NCBI RefSeq assembly: GCF_022045235.1
Contig: NW_027266286.1
Span: 744,001 to 808,000, forward strand
Source of the DNA: Haliotis cracherodii
Lineage: Eukaryota
Length of the DNA stretch: 64,000 nt
Direction of reading: 5' to 3'
The position numbers and the translations under genes are program-made. Positions 1-12,956 of this stretch are shown piece after piece (within the stretch, counting starts at the first letter, position 1; the number at the start of each line of letters is the position of its first letter). The notes under the pieces were generated by a model. It was not told where the DNA came from. It was given only the letters and a program-made list of their open reading frames with translations, and did not search any database.

Positions 1-571
1 TGTGTATGAATGTTCTCGCCATGTACGACTTCTTGTTACAGCCTGTGTATGAATGTTCTCGCCATGTACGACTTCTTGTTACAGCATGTGTATGAATGTT
101 CTCGCCATGTACGACTTCTTGTTACAGCCTGTGTACATGTATGAATGTTCTCGCCATGTACGACTTCTTGTTACAGCCTGTGTATGAATGTTCTCGCCAT
201 GTACGACTTCTTGTTACAGCCTGTGTATGAATGTTCTCGCCATGTACGACTTCTTGTTACAGCCTGTGTATGAATGTTCTCGCCATGTACGACTTCTTGT
301 TACAGCATGTGTATGAATGTTCTCGCCATGTACGACTTCTTGTTACAGCCTGTGTATGAATGTTCTCGCCATGTACGACTTCTTGTTACAGCCTGTGTAT
401 GAATGTTCTCGCCATGTACGACTTCTTGTTACAGCCTGTGTATGAATGTTCTCGCCATGTACGACTTCTTGTTACAGCATGTGTATGAATGTTTTCGCCA
501 TGTACGACTTCTTGTTACAGCATGTGTATGAATGTTCTCGCCATGTACGACTTCTTGTTACAGCATGTGTA
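1..571. repeat. Minisatellite, 43-bp unit, about 13 copies (runs off the window start)
   Basis: tgtgtatgaatgttctcgccatgtacgacttcttgttacagcc. Confidence 0.97.
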
Positions 572-1185
572 TGGTTGTCCCTGCGAAGCTGCTGATGGTG
601 GTACAAATTTGTTTTTTCATCACAAGTGACCCTGGCTGTATCACAAAGCTACTTTAAACAATCATTCAAACTTATTCAGATTGGTTTTACATATATATTT
701 TAGTTTGTAGTTGAATTGATATAAACTAGCATAAAATTGATAAATGTAACTATTACACAAAATTCATTTCCTGTAAACATATCGACAAGCATGATCAAAT
801 AATGTAAACACGTGATTTCCTATTTCAGTCCCGCAATAATCACTACTTCTTGATAAGTATCTATCATTCAACCTGAGTAACTCTCAATTCCTTCAACAAT
901 AATGGAGCCGATGCTTTAAAGCAACAAATCCCTGTCCACACTCCTAAGAAATCTCTGCTTAAAACAGTTCATAGTACGATTCCGACTGTATTATGTGCAT
1001 GTGTATATAAATCACTATTAAATTGCAATGATACCAGGTGTTCGCAAAAAGGTGAGCGAATCCTGCCGACCTGTGGCACTGGTCATAAACACATGCAAGA
1101 ACAAGTCAGTTGTTCAGCTAAAAACCACGGGAACATGAGGATACACGTCAACAGGCATCGGACATAATTTCCGGCGGCGGTCTAT

Positions 1186-1292
1186 TAATAATCGAGTCTG
1201 GACCAAACAATCCAGTGACTGACATCATGAGCATCGATCCACGTAGTTGGGATACGATGACGCATCAACCAAGAATGGTTGCTGAAGACCTA
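1186..1292 (-). mobile_element. SINE family A fragment
   Basis: ataatcgagtctggaccaaacaatccagtga...gcatcgatccacg...gttgctgaagacctat. Confidence 0.75.
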
Positions 1293-1399
1293 TATATATT
1301 CTAAATGGCTCTATACTTACTATTATCCCAGTCAGCATGTTTTTAAAATGGGGAATTGATTGATGAAATACTCGTTTGGGACCCCACGAAATGGCAAAG

Positions 1400-1900
1400 A
1401 GCCATGTACCATGCATTGTGAAAATCGGCTCGCGACGAAGCTTGCTGCGCGTGCAACAGCGGCAGAGAAGCTATGCCACGTGCATCACGCGAGAGGACGA
1501 CTCACAAAGTATAAATACAGGCTCCAAAGCGTTGTGGTATATATTTCAAATATATTTCTTGTTTTGTCAAAATGCAAGTGGTAGCGAGAGGTGTTTTACC
1601 TCTGCATCTTCGCCTGAGTGTAACACGTGGCAGAAGTACTTGGCAGCCATGAAATAATACGGTTTGTGAAGGTCTCCACTTTGTATGGCCTGGTGTGTTC
1701 TGAATGATATTAGTTAAATACCACCACTATCAGTGTGCTTAATGCGATACATTCAACTTGGCTGATTTGGTTAATGTGAAATTCGGAGGCAGTGTAAATG
1801 GCGGCAATTCCTAAAACCTCCGTAAAACCCCCACTCAGCCGAGTCTTGTTCACGCGCAAGGTGGACGCAAGGGAGATAATCCTTGACTGATTGAGTGAGT
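1400..1900. promoter_or_regulatory. Candidate CpG-enriched bidirectional promoter region
   Basis: Local CpG enrichment. Divergent YY1-like ATGGC motifs: CATGGCTGCC on minus at 1650 and AAATGGCGGC on plus at 1796-1805. Plus-strand donor-like ga|gtgagt near 1894. Confidence 0.4.
1600..1650 (-). CDS. Candidate first coding exon of an unidentified minus-strand gene (MAAKYFCHVLHSGEDAE)
   Basis: ATGGCTGCC start, 17 open codons ending GAG|gtaaaa (phase 0 donor), inside a CpG-enriched patch. Downstream exons not identified. Confidence 0.35.
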
Positions 1901-2029
1901 GAGTTGTGCACTGCACAAACCTCGGATTCTGCACCGTAGTCTTTATAATTGACTAATGAGCACTTTGTTGCGGTAACATTGCGGTGGTGTCGTCTATATA
2001 GAGGTTACGCTGTTGTCAAACCTTGGTAC

Positions 2030-4690
2030 GTTTGTAACCTTGATGCACTGTGTATCCTTGTTGTTGCACTGTGTAACCTTGTTGTTGCACTGTGTAATCT
2101 GTGTAACCAGGGTCCATCAATTATAATGCATTGCTTGCTGTGCTCGTTGGCTAGTTGGTAGTTACACCTCGTTCTGCTGTGTAACCTTGTTGTTGCACTG
2201 TGTAACCTTGTAGCAATGTGTATCCTTGTTGTTGCGCTGTCACCTTGTTATTGCGCTGTTACCTTGTTGTTGCACTGTGTAACCTTGTTATTGCGCTGTT
2301 ACCTTGTTGTTGCACTGTGTTACCTTGTTACATTGTATTACCTTGTTGCACTGTGTAACCTTGTAGCAATGTGTATCCTTGTTGTTGCACTGTGTGACCT
2401 TGTTGTTGCACTGTGTTACCAATTGCGTGGATCGATGCTCATGATGTCAATCACTGGAGTTTCTGGTCCAGACTCGATTATTTATAGACTGCTGTTATAT
2501 AGCTGGAATATTGCTGAGTGCAGCGTTAAACAACAAACAAACAAAACGTTATGTAACCTTATTGCGCTATGTAATCTTGTTGTTGCGCTGTGTAATCTTG
2601 TTGTTGCACTGTGTAACCTTGTTGCACTGTGTGACCTCGTTGTTTCGCTGTGTAACCTTGTTGCACTGTGTAATCTTGTTGTTGCGCTGTGTAATCTTCT
2701 TTTTGCACTGTGTAACCTTGTTGCACTGTGTGACCTCGTTGTTTCGCTGTGTAACCTTGTTGCACTGTGTAATCTTGTTGTTGCACTGTGTAATCTTGTT
2801 TCACTGTGAAACCTTGTTACGCTGTGAAACCTTGTTGTGCTGTGTAACCTTGTTGCGCTGTGTAACCTTGTTGCGCTGTGTAACCTTGTTGCGCCGTGTA
2901 ATCGTGTTGAATGTGTAACCTTGTTGCACTGTGTAATCTTGTTGCACTGTGTAATCTTGTTTCACCGTGAAACCTTGTTGCGCTGTGTAACCTTGTTGTT
3001 GCACTGTGTAACCTTGTTGTTGCACTGTGTAACCTGGTTGCACTGTGTAACCTTGTTGCACTGTGTAATCTTGTTGTTGCACTGTATAACCTAATTGTTG
3101 CAATGTGTAACCTCGTTGTTTCGCTGTGTAACCTCGTTGTTGCACTGTGTAACCTTGTTGTTGCACTGTGTAACCTTGTTGTGCTGTGTAACCTTGTTGC
3201 GCTGTGGAACCTTGTTGCACTGTGTAACATTGTTGCACTGTGTTACCTTGTTACGCTGTGTAACCTTGTTGCGCTGTGTAACCTTGTTGCGCTGTGTAAC
3301 CTTGTTGCGCTGTGTAACCTTGTTGCGCTGTGTAACCTTGTTGCACTGTGTAATCTGGTTGCGCTGTGTTACCTTGTTGCACTGTGTAACCTTGTTGCGC
3401 TGTGTAACCTTGTTGCGCTGTGTAACCTGGTTGCACTGTGTAACCTTGTTGTTGCACTATGTAACCTTGTTGCACTGTGTAATCTTCTTGTTGCACTGTG
3501 TAACCTAGTTGTTGCGCTGTGTAACCTCGTTGTTTCGCAGTGTAACCTGGTTGCGCTGTGTAACCTTGTTGTTGCACTGTGTAATCCTGTTTCGCTGTGT
3601 CACCTTGTTTAGCTGTGTAACCTTGTTGCGCTGTGTAACCTTGTTGCAATGTGTAACCTTGTTGCGCTGTGTAACCTTGTTGCGCTGTGTAACGTTGCAA
3701 TCTGTAACCTTGTTGTCGCGCTGTGTAACCTTGTTTAGCTGTGTAACCTTGTTGCGCTGTGTAACCTTGTTGCGCTGTGTAACCTTGTTGCGTTGTGTTA
3801 CCTTGTTGCGCTGTGTAACCTTGTTGCGCTGTGTAACCTGGTTGCACTGTGTAACCTGGTTGCACTGTGTAACCTTGTTGTTGCACTATGTAACCTTGTT
3901 GCACTGTGTAATCTTCTTGTTGCACTGTGTAACCTCGTTGTTTCGCTGTGTAACCTGGTTGCGCTGTGTAACCTTGTTGTTGCACTGTGTAATCTTGTTT
4001 CGCTGTGTAACCTTGTTTAGCTGTGTTACTTTGTTGCGCTGTGTTTCCTTGTTGCAATGTGTAACCTTGTTGCGCTGTGTAACCTTGTTGCGCTGTGTAA
4101 CGTTGCAATCTGTAACCTTGTTGTCGCGCTGTGTAACCTTGTTTAGCTGTGTAACCTTGTTGCACTGTGTAATCTTGTTTCGCTGTGTAACCTTGTTTAG
4201 CTGTGTTACTTTGTTGCGCTGTGTTTCCTTGTTGCAATGTGTAACCTTGTTGCGCTGTGTAACCTGGTTGCACTGTGTAACCTGGTTGCGCTGTGTAACC
4301 TTGTTGCGCTGTGTAACCTTGTTGCACTGTGTAATCTTCTTGTTGCACTGTGTAACCTCGTTGTTTCGCTGTGTAACCTGGTTGCGCTGTGTAACCTTGT
4401 TGTTGCACTGTGTAATCTTGTTTCGCTGTGTAACCTTGTTGTTGCACTGTGTAATCTTGTTTCGCTGTGTAACCTTGTTTAGCTGTGTTACTTTGTTGCG
4501 CTGTGGTTCCTTGTTGCACTGTGTAACCTCATTGTTGCTCAACTTGCTCTGTGTAACCTTGTTGCACTGTGTAACCTGATTGTTGCTCTGTGTAACCTTG
4601 TTGCTCTGTGTAACCTTGTTGCACTGTGTAACCTCATTGTTGCTCTGTGTAACCTCGTTGTGCTGTGTAACCTCATTGTTGCCCTGTGTA
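2030..4690. repeat. Minisatellite, 18/21-bp units, more than 120 copies
   Basis: tgtgtaaccttgtt(gtt)gcac / gcgc variants. Confidence 0.97.
2420..2547 (+). mobile_element. SINE family A 3' half embedded in a minisatellite
   Basis: caattgcgtggatcgatgctcatgatgtcaatcactgg...gctgagtgcagcgttaaacaacaaacaaac interrupts the 18/21-bp array. Confidence 0.8.
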
Positions 4691-5413
4691 ACAATTGTGT
4701 GCCATTGGGTCCAGGTGCCATCTGTCACTGGTTTGCCAGGACGAGACTCCATCGTTCATACACCATGATGCAGCTACAATCTTATCTTGCTGACAGACGC
4801 CAAACTACGAAATCCTTCAGTCGTCAGCCGTCAGCCGTCAGCCCACACCAAAGTCCAAGGGATTTCCAGAGAATGTCAATGCTCTTTGAATATGTAGGTA
4901 AAAGGAAGTTTTCAAATATTTCTCATTTCACACTTATACAATACATAACTGAAAGCTGCTGAACAATTTGAGATTTACAAAGTATATTAGCTCAAATGTT
5001 GGTTATGTTGCTGTTTGTCAAAAACTCCAGCCATCAAATGCCTCAAACTCAAAACACAAAATCAGCAAAAACTTGAAATGATACAAATCCATTTTCCAAC
5101 TTTTGAAAATTTAAAAGATTTATCCTTGTGTAACATTTTCAACATTTTCAATGTTCTACTAAATACCACATTGGGCTCACAGCTCCTCTCATTATATGAA
5201 GATCTAGTGTGTACTGATAACTGTCCTAAAGATGTACCCCTAGACTTGGAAAAGAAATATTTAAATCAATAAATTTCCAACAGAACTTCTGCCTCACAAG
5301 TTTTGTGTTCTGTGAGTGATTTGGTTGTTTTCGTTCCCCTAGAGGAGTCTAGTTAAAGGACTTGAAATCTTTTCTCTACCTCATAATGCTTTAGATGGTT
5401 TCAATTTAAGTTA

Positions 5414-5584
5414 AGGGGCGGTCGGGTAGCCTAGTGGTTAAAGTGTTCGCTCGTCACGCCGAAGACCCGGGTTCGATTCCTGACATGGGTACAATGTGTG
5501 AAGCCCATTTCTGGTGTCCCCCGCCGTGATATTGCTGGAATATTGCTAAAAGCGGCGTAAAACCATACTCACTCACTCACTCAC
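5414..5584 (+). mobile_element. Full-length tRNA-derived SINE (family B, tRNA-Asp-like head)
   Basis: Pol III A box tagcctagtggt, B box ggttcgattcc, GTC in an anticodon-like loop, (ACTC)n tail. 13-bp TSD tcaatttaagtta at 5401-5413 and 5585-5597. Confidence 0.9.
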
Positions 5585-5609
5585 TCAATTTAAGTTACAC
5601 GAGTCAGTA

Positions 5610-5750
5610 TTTACAAGTGGTTGTCACTATGAAGGTCTGTGTTCGATTCCCCACATGGATACAATGTGTTAAGCCCGTTTCTGGTGTTCTCCACCCTTAT
5701 AGTAATGGAATATTGCTAAACAAGGCATAAAAACCAAACTCACTCACTTC
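5610..5750 (+). mobile_element. Degenerate SINE family B copy
   Basis: gttcgattccccacatggatacaatgtgttaagcccgtttctggtg...ggaatattgctaaa...actcactcac aligns with the 5414 copy. Confidence 0.75.
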
Positions 5751-5967
5751 ACAAGTTTAACGTCCAGTCAAGATTATTGCCAACCACTCAATGCCAAGCA
5801 CCAGGTAGGGTAACAACAAGTACCATGTATTAACATCTTTTGTTACGACGAGGCTGGGGATTGAACCACCGACCTTCCGCTCTACAGGAAACAGAAGATT
5901 GATTAATCTGTTAAGTCAGTTTTAAGTCATAATTATCCTATTCATACTAATTTCAGTAATTTACGTT

Positions 5968-6192
5968 AGACCTGTCTTCAGCAACCCATGCTTGTCGTAA
6001 CGGGACTAACGGGATCTGGTTGTCAGGCTCAACTTAGGTTGATGCATGTTATTGTATCCAAATTGCTTGGATCGATGCTCATTATGTCAATCACTGGATT
6101 GTCTGGTCATAACTCGATTGTTTACAGACTGCCGTCATATACCTGGAATATTGCAGCGTTAAACAACAAACAAACAAACAAACAAACAAACA
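5968..6192 (+). mobile_element. SINE family A copy (5'-truncated)
   Basis: gtcttcagcaacccatgcttgtcgtaa...tcactggattgtctggtc...(aaac)n tail. Confidence 0.8.
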
Positions 6193-6698
6193 AGTTACAT
6201 TACTGTAGTGACGTGTCCATAATCAGTTGCTGCAGTATATTGGTCCTGTTTCAGAAGTGATGGCTGCCAGGGCTGCAGGTGGTTGCAGTGGTGAAGAAGG
6301 TCAGTAAGTAAAAGACAAGCAGAAGATGATAATTAGATTGTCAACTTTTTGCAAAAGAAGGAGGTTGTTTTCAGTACAGCTAGCTAATGATCAATACACA
6401 TTTGACAAAACCACTACACAACATCTGGGCACTGAAAATTAGTCATTCCGGCATGTGGATGCTTTCTTACAATTTTGTTATAAATTCTGTTCAGTCTTTG
6501 TCAAAATCTAACAGCTAATCTATGTCTCTCTGTGTATATTTTGATAAATTATCATGATAAAACAATAAAAGCTATATTTCTGTCTTGTTTAGGTTAAGAT
6601 GACTATCTGCTAAGCACGCTTAGATGAAGCAATGTCACTTACTGCAGATGACGGGGTCTGCACGAGTAGGTCACCGGTTGCCACTGGAGTGAGTGGAT

Positions 6699-7325
6699 CC
6701 GTGAAGATCTGGGGTAGAATAGGTCTTCAGCATCCCATGCTTGCTGTGAAGATCAGGGCCCACTTGCACAAAGCGATCTTAGCGCTACGACTCTTGTAAG
6801 CCTATGTTAAAGCATAGGAGTTACGATCATCTTAGCGCTAAGATCGCTTTGTGCAACTAGGCCCTGGGGTAGAATAGGTCTTCAGCATCCCATGCTTGCT
6901 GTGAAGATACGGGGTAGAATAGGTCTTCAGCATCCCATGCTTGCCGTGAAGATACGGGGTAGAATAGGTCTTCAGCATCCCATGCTTGCTGTGAAGATCT
7001 GGTGTAGAATAGGTCTTCAGCATCCCATGCTTGCCGGGAAGATACGGGATAGAATAGGTCTTCAGCATCCAATGCTTGCCGGGAAGATCTGGGGTAGAAT
7101 AGGTCTTCAGCATCCCATGCTTGCCGTGAAGATACGGGGTAGAATAGGTCTTCAGCATCCCATGCTTGCCGTGAAGATCTGGTGTAGAATAGGTCTTCAG
7201 CATCCCATGCTTGCCGTGAAGATCTGGTGTAAAATAGGTTTTCAGCATTCCATGATTGCTGTGAAGATACGGGATAGAATACGTCTTCAGCATCCCATGC
7301 TTGCCGTAAAAGACGACTATGCTTG
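6699..7325 (+). repeat. Tandem array of the 45-bp SINE A head, about 11 copies
   Basis: gtgaagatctggggtagaataggtcttcagcatcccatgcttgcc repeated, then exiting into gtaaaagacgactatgcttgt (SINE continuation). Confidence 0.95.
6757..6863. mobile_element. 107-bp palindromic MITE (PIF/Harbinger-like)
   Basis: 31-bp TIRs GGCCCACTTGCACAAAGCGATCTTAGCGCTA / GGCCTAGTTGCACAAAGCGATCTTAGCGCTA (2 mismatches), flanked by CAG and CTG. Inserted at the CTG of a GAAGATCTGGGG array unit. Confidence 0.8.
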
Positions 7326-7540
7326 TGAAGTTAGATTTGTTAAGTTGTTATGTTTTATTCATTTCAGAGGTATATTAACATTCAATGCAATAATATAAAA
7401 TTAATCCTATTCCTCTTTAGTGATCCTGTTATCAGTGAATTAGTTGTCACGGAGACCAGGCCATCACATTGGTTAATTGTATTAACATGAACTGGTAATT
7501 TGGTGTTCCCATTTACTGCCATATGCTGCCACACAATCAG

Positions 7541-8370
7541 CCACATTAGTCAGGTCTTAGCATGTTGCTGGGGAGTTAGTCTACATTAGTCAGGTTTGAG
7601 CATGTTGCTTTGGAGCTAGTCTACATTAGTCAGGTTTTAGCATGTTGCTGGGGAGCTAGTCTACATTAGTCAGGTCTTACCATGGTGCTGGTGAGCTAGT
7701 CCACATTAGACAGGTCTTAGCATGTTGCTGGGGAGCTAGTTCATATTATTCAGGTCTTAGCATGGTAGCAAGAACTAGTCCACATAAAACAGGTCTTAGC
7801 ATGGTGCTCGGGAGCTAGTTCATATTAGTCAGGTCTTAGCATGGTGGCAAGAACTGGTCCACATAAAACAGGTCTTAGCATGGTGCTTAAGGGAGCTAGT
7901 CCACATCAGTCAGGTTTTAGCATGTTGCTGGGGAGCTAGTTCATATTCGTCAGGGCTTAGCTTGGTGTTGAGAACTAGTCCACATTAGTCAGGTCTTAGC
8001 ATGTTGCTGGGGAGCTAGTCCATATTAGTCTGAACTGAGCATGTTGCTGGGGAGCTAGTCCATATTAGTCTGGACTGAGCGTGTTGCTGGGGAGCTAGTC
8101 CGTATTAGTCTGGACTGAGCATGTTGCTAGGGAGCTAGTTCATATTTATGAGTCTGGTCTTAGCATGGTGCTAGGGAGCTAGTCCATATTTATGAGTCTG
8201 GTCTTGGCATGGTGTTGGGGAGCTAGTTCATATTTATGAGTCTGGTCTTGGCATGGTGTTGGGGAGCAAGTCCACATTAGTCAGGTCTTAGTAATTTATA
8301 TTTAAACTTATCCACATTAGTCAGGTCTTAGCGTGGTGCTTGGGCATTAGTCCACATTAATCAGGTCTTA
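7541..8370. repeat. Minisatellite, about 40-bp unit, about 20 diverged copies
   Basis: ccacattagtcaggtcttagcatgttgctggggagctagt. Confidence 0.95.
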
Positions 8371-9739
8371 TTCTTGAGTCCGATGGTTGGTTTTCTATGG
8401 AGGATGTTGATGGTTTCATGCTAAGAGGATTAAAATATTTTTTAGTTGGTTTTGCAGAATTTTGTGTTTGCTCAAATTCTAACATGATGTCGTTTGTCGA
8501 AGAAAAAATATTGTCTTCAAATGAACATGTCTCAATTTTCTTACATTAATGCCCTTTTGACTGCTCTCACGAGACACATATTTTTGCACTTAAATGACTG
8601 CGCAACCAGATATGTCATTTTGAAGAGCCTGAACCCTATCGATCAACATTGCTTCAGACACAGGTAAACACTTCGCTATGTATTTCATTTTTTGCAATGA
8701 TTCTTTTCTTCAACACAAACTAATTTGAGTGATAATTTCATGGGGACGTATTTTTTATTTCTATTTTTTTAACCATTAGAGTCTGCAATATTACAATTTC
8801 AGAAAGTCATTTTTAGTTTATTTTTATTTTGCTTTTTTTAAGATCTGTGATTGCACATACGCACACACAAAAAATAAATAAAAAATTAGTTGCCTGATTA
8901 ATTGCCTAATTGCCACATTTCAGATTGACTGTTATTACATATGAAATATGACTCATTAAAACAAATTATCGAAACACTTTGAAGCATGATCTTGCACTTG
9001 TAACATTTTGTTTTGAACATCAGACATAATCTCAATAGCTGATCTCCATTAAGTATGAAAGGTTAGGTGCTGGTGGTTGATGAGTGGACCATGCATGGCT
9101 GGATGTGGCAGCACTGGTCGGAGTTGTTATTTCAACACGTACTGACTAGCTGCACATGGCTCTATCATCCATGTTCATCTGCTAACATTATTGGCTTTTA
9201 ACCCTTCCAGTTCATTCTCTCCTAATGAAGTTATTGTTTGTAGTCATTCATGAATATTATTATATACATTCTGAGCCTCAGACGCTTATGCTGGGGCATG
9301 TCGTTGACTCATATGCCATCCATCCGCAACGTCTTGCATGTGAGCATTAGCAGGGCAAGCCCTGAGGGTTGCACCGATCTGACTTCACCTCAGCTTGACC
9401 TGAACACAGGTGTCAAGGATCCCCATTGAAGAAGTGATATCATGTGCAGCCTAATGCAAGTTAACAGCACTCTGCAAGTTCTCCTAAATGACAGATACTG
9501 TTCTGTGGCTTGAGGCATGGGTCTGGTTTTCGCAGTTACACAAAGTGTGCTTGTGTTTTGTCTAAATTAGATTCAGCAGTATTTTTTAGGTATTCATGTA
9601 AAGGTCCAGGGGACCACTGTATGAAAATGAACAGATGACTTAAGCCTTCATGTTAAGATTCTGTTTATGTAATAGGGATAGAGTTATTTCCCTTGGCAGT
9701 CAGGAGCACCCTGTGTCGAGGATGAAGTTATTACCCTCG

Positions 9740-9831
9740 AACCCATGAAGATCCGGGTTAGAATGGGGTATTCAGCAACCCTGCTTGTCATAAGAAGCTG
9801 ATTTGGTTGATGCATGTCATCGTATCCCAAT
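9740..9831 (+). mobile_element. SINE family A 5' fragment
   Basis: acccatgaagatccgggttagaat...cagcaaccc...ttggttgatgcatgtcatcgtatcccaat. Confidence 0.7.
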
Positions 9832-12800
9832 GGGCGATCTTTTTGTTTCAAAGGGCAATAACTCTCCTTTTGAAATGATATAAGCGATGGACCAAACTGT
9901 CTCTTCCGGTCTGGTTCCCGGATCTATGCACGCTGCGCCAACTACTGACATGTAGAGACGGAGCCAAGCTAAAGAGTTATCCTGTTGCACCTTCGTTCAA
10001 AAACGGTCATTTACAACTGAATATTTTTAACTAGCACATATTTTGTAGTGATTATTAGTTTATAATATCAGCATTTGTTGAGTTTTACAACTACAAGACG
10101 AATTGTCACTATGGAAGATAGCGAGAAAAATGTCTTGGAAAAAAAGGTATATTGCCACGGTATTTTCTACGTCAGAAAACAGCCAGGCATTCTTTAAGTC
10201 TGGGCTAACATATTGCATCGATGAAATAATGCAAACTCATTTTATTTATCAGCCTTTGTATTATTTCTCACACCAATTCAAGCATTGAAATCTCAACAAA
10301 TACTACCATGGACTTTAATTTAATAACATTAGTGATAATTGCCAACATTTGCAGCACACAGACATCTTTGACAGGCCTTTACCAATAATCTATAGAGTAA
10401 GTATACAATTGTGCCTTTACAAATATTTTAAGAAGAAATAACGTTCAAAATAATAAAACAACTGATTTTAAATGTTACTTTTTATATCAAAATTAAAGTT
10501 GAATCTGAATGTTTAAATTTATTATATTTTTTAGAAATAGGCCAAATGAACATCTACCATGCATCTATTAAGCACTCAGTTACTCAGTTGCAATATACAT
10601 ACCACTCATCATACTTTGAAATAAGAGATTTACCCATATTATTCTGCCCCTTATAACATGTGACGTCCCACCATTAAGTGCTCTGAGTCATCACAGGTGT
10701 TAATTCATTGATCCATCATTTCTTACAGAATTCTGATACTCATGCTCTTAAAATGGTAGTAAATTACCGAGATTTGTTCCAACAAACAACAAATCATACT
10801 CACCACCCCACAAAATGTGTATGATGCATAAAAAGATGTAAATCATAGTTTTATCTTCTTGTTTTAGTAACATTATATTTATTTTAATGTTGACAAATTA
10901 TTTCCCATACAAACCCACACACTATCCTGATGTATCTAAGTATCCTGATTTTCATTCAACAGTATTTCAAGACACCTGTAGTATAAAGTATATTTTGTAG
11001 ATATTATTATCATATAGCAAATATTAATTTAGAAAGTTTATCATCAAATCTTCTGATGGTTAAATAAATGCAAATTGAACCCCACAATCATTCCATATAG
11101 ATAAATGGATTTATTTATGTTATTTGTTTTTGCAAAGATTATACTTACATATGTTACAGTCAGTGTCTCTAAACAGGCCCAATATGTATATTGACTGAAA
11201 ATTTTAGTCAATGTGCATATTGACTGATTCGCTCAGGCAAGGTATATTTTTTCTTAAATTTTCATTCATTTATTATTGCCTGAAAAATAGGACCGGATTT
11301 TAGACAGACTGGCTGAAATGAATTAGACTGCATAATTTAATCTCCTCAATTTAATTTAGATCTATTTTGATCTTATCAAGAGCAAAGTAATTTATGCAAG
11401 AAATTAAAAATGTTTTCATAATGAATTGAATGATTCTCCAAACTTGAAAGAATACCAGTCATTTTTTTATGTTATCTTTATTAGCGTAATATTCAGTTCA
11501 GAAACAGATGACTGCTGAAAAGTCATGCATGTGTAATCAAATACTACATGTAGTACACATGCGCAAGTATGCCGAGATATCAAGTAAAATAATAAGAGTC
11601 ATTGTGCAATGTAGATATATGTTGGTGTGAATAGAAAAAAAATAACATTGATAATTTGTTTATGTTGGAATTTGAAACATCAGTTTAGAACCAGGAAACA
11701 TAAGAAGCAAGGCCTAATGAAGTTAAGAATCAGCTTTATCTGTGTTACAGTCATATGCTTATTGTCAATGCAAACTGGATGTAGACACTGCGATGTCAAT
11801 ACAATCAACATCATAGAGATTGACAATAAGTATGAATATATTGTTTTATTTTATAAAAGTTGTAGTTGGTACAAATACTCTTGAATGTGTATTTTAGCTA
11901 ATATATAGGGTCCTCTGTGTCTGAAAATTATTTTTTTCTACTTTGTAAAATTCTAAAAAGGCCAAAATAATATATATCTTTCATTGATCATACTGGAATA
12001 TAATCATGGTAGTATTTGGCAACAAACAGCTACCATTCATATACATAAAATCCTTTTATACAACATGCACCAATTAACCCTTAATATCAAAAAAGATTTC
12101 AGTGATTTCCATTACTTTTGTTTTGAACATTGTATCATGATATCTAGTTGATGACAGTGCCTGTTACTCCTACAATTTCTTGAGAACATTTCTCATTGCT
12201 CTCTGTTATATATCTGACAAATACTTACATGTGTTGCTGTCAATATTCACAACATTGAGGCTACGGGCAACTTTACGTTGCATAAGACCTTCATGTGTCG
12301 CGTACCGCATCTCTTTACAAGGCTGTACATACTGAAATGCATGCATATGATGACGCCTGTAACGATGCTACAACATAGATATAGGAACGTATACAAAATC
12401 TTCTTTATTTTTAAAAGTGTGATATTTATACATCAAGGGCAACACTTTCAGTACCGATTGCAAAACGTCAACAAAGCACCTGGGATGAACGATCAGCTGA
12501 TTTCACCGCATCGCTTTGAAAGCCTATCTAGTGGTTAACTATACAATATAATCAGTCGTGGTCATCCCTGATGTATAATTATATCAAGGAACATTTATTT
12601 CTGGATATGGCAATAGATAAATAATTGTTAAGGCGAAAAGATATACTGTCCACACACAAGCGAGACCGTTGCCGACAGAGGTGAAGCTTATACTAGTTAA
12701 CTGTCTATAGGCGTCATAGTAACATGTAGTGCTCGTATCGCGCATACCACATGCGCCATCAGTTTAAGGTTGGACCGTCCGGGTCAGCACACCTAGCGGG

Positions 12801-12956
12801 TAAGTGAAGGGAAAATAAATTGAAAAAGATCGCCCATTGTGTGGAGCGATGCACATAATGTCAATCACTGGATTGACTGGCTCAGATTTGATTACTTCCT
12901 CACCGCCATGATATAGCTCGAATATTGCTGAGTGCTTAGTTAAACAAACAAACAAA

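Noticed and set aside
2216-4768. Overlapping Cys/Leu- and Gln-rich repeat ORFs (QQGYTA, LCNLVA)
   Set aside because: 18/21-bp satellite open in several frames and interrupted by a SINE.
5414-5490. tRNA-Asp gene
   Set aside because: The acceptor stem is not formed, and the sequence continues into a SINE body and tail with a TSD. Several diverged copies are present.
9069-9150. Possible C/D box snoRNA (TTGATGA...CTGA with gctgg/ctagc stem); weaker one at about 6383-6445
   Set aside because: Box C is imperfect and I could not identify a perfect rRNA-complementary guide of 10 nt or more from memory. A snoscan or Rfam search would be needed.
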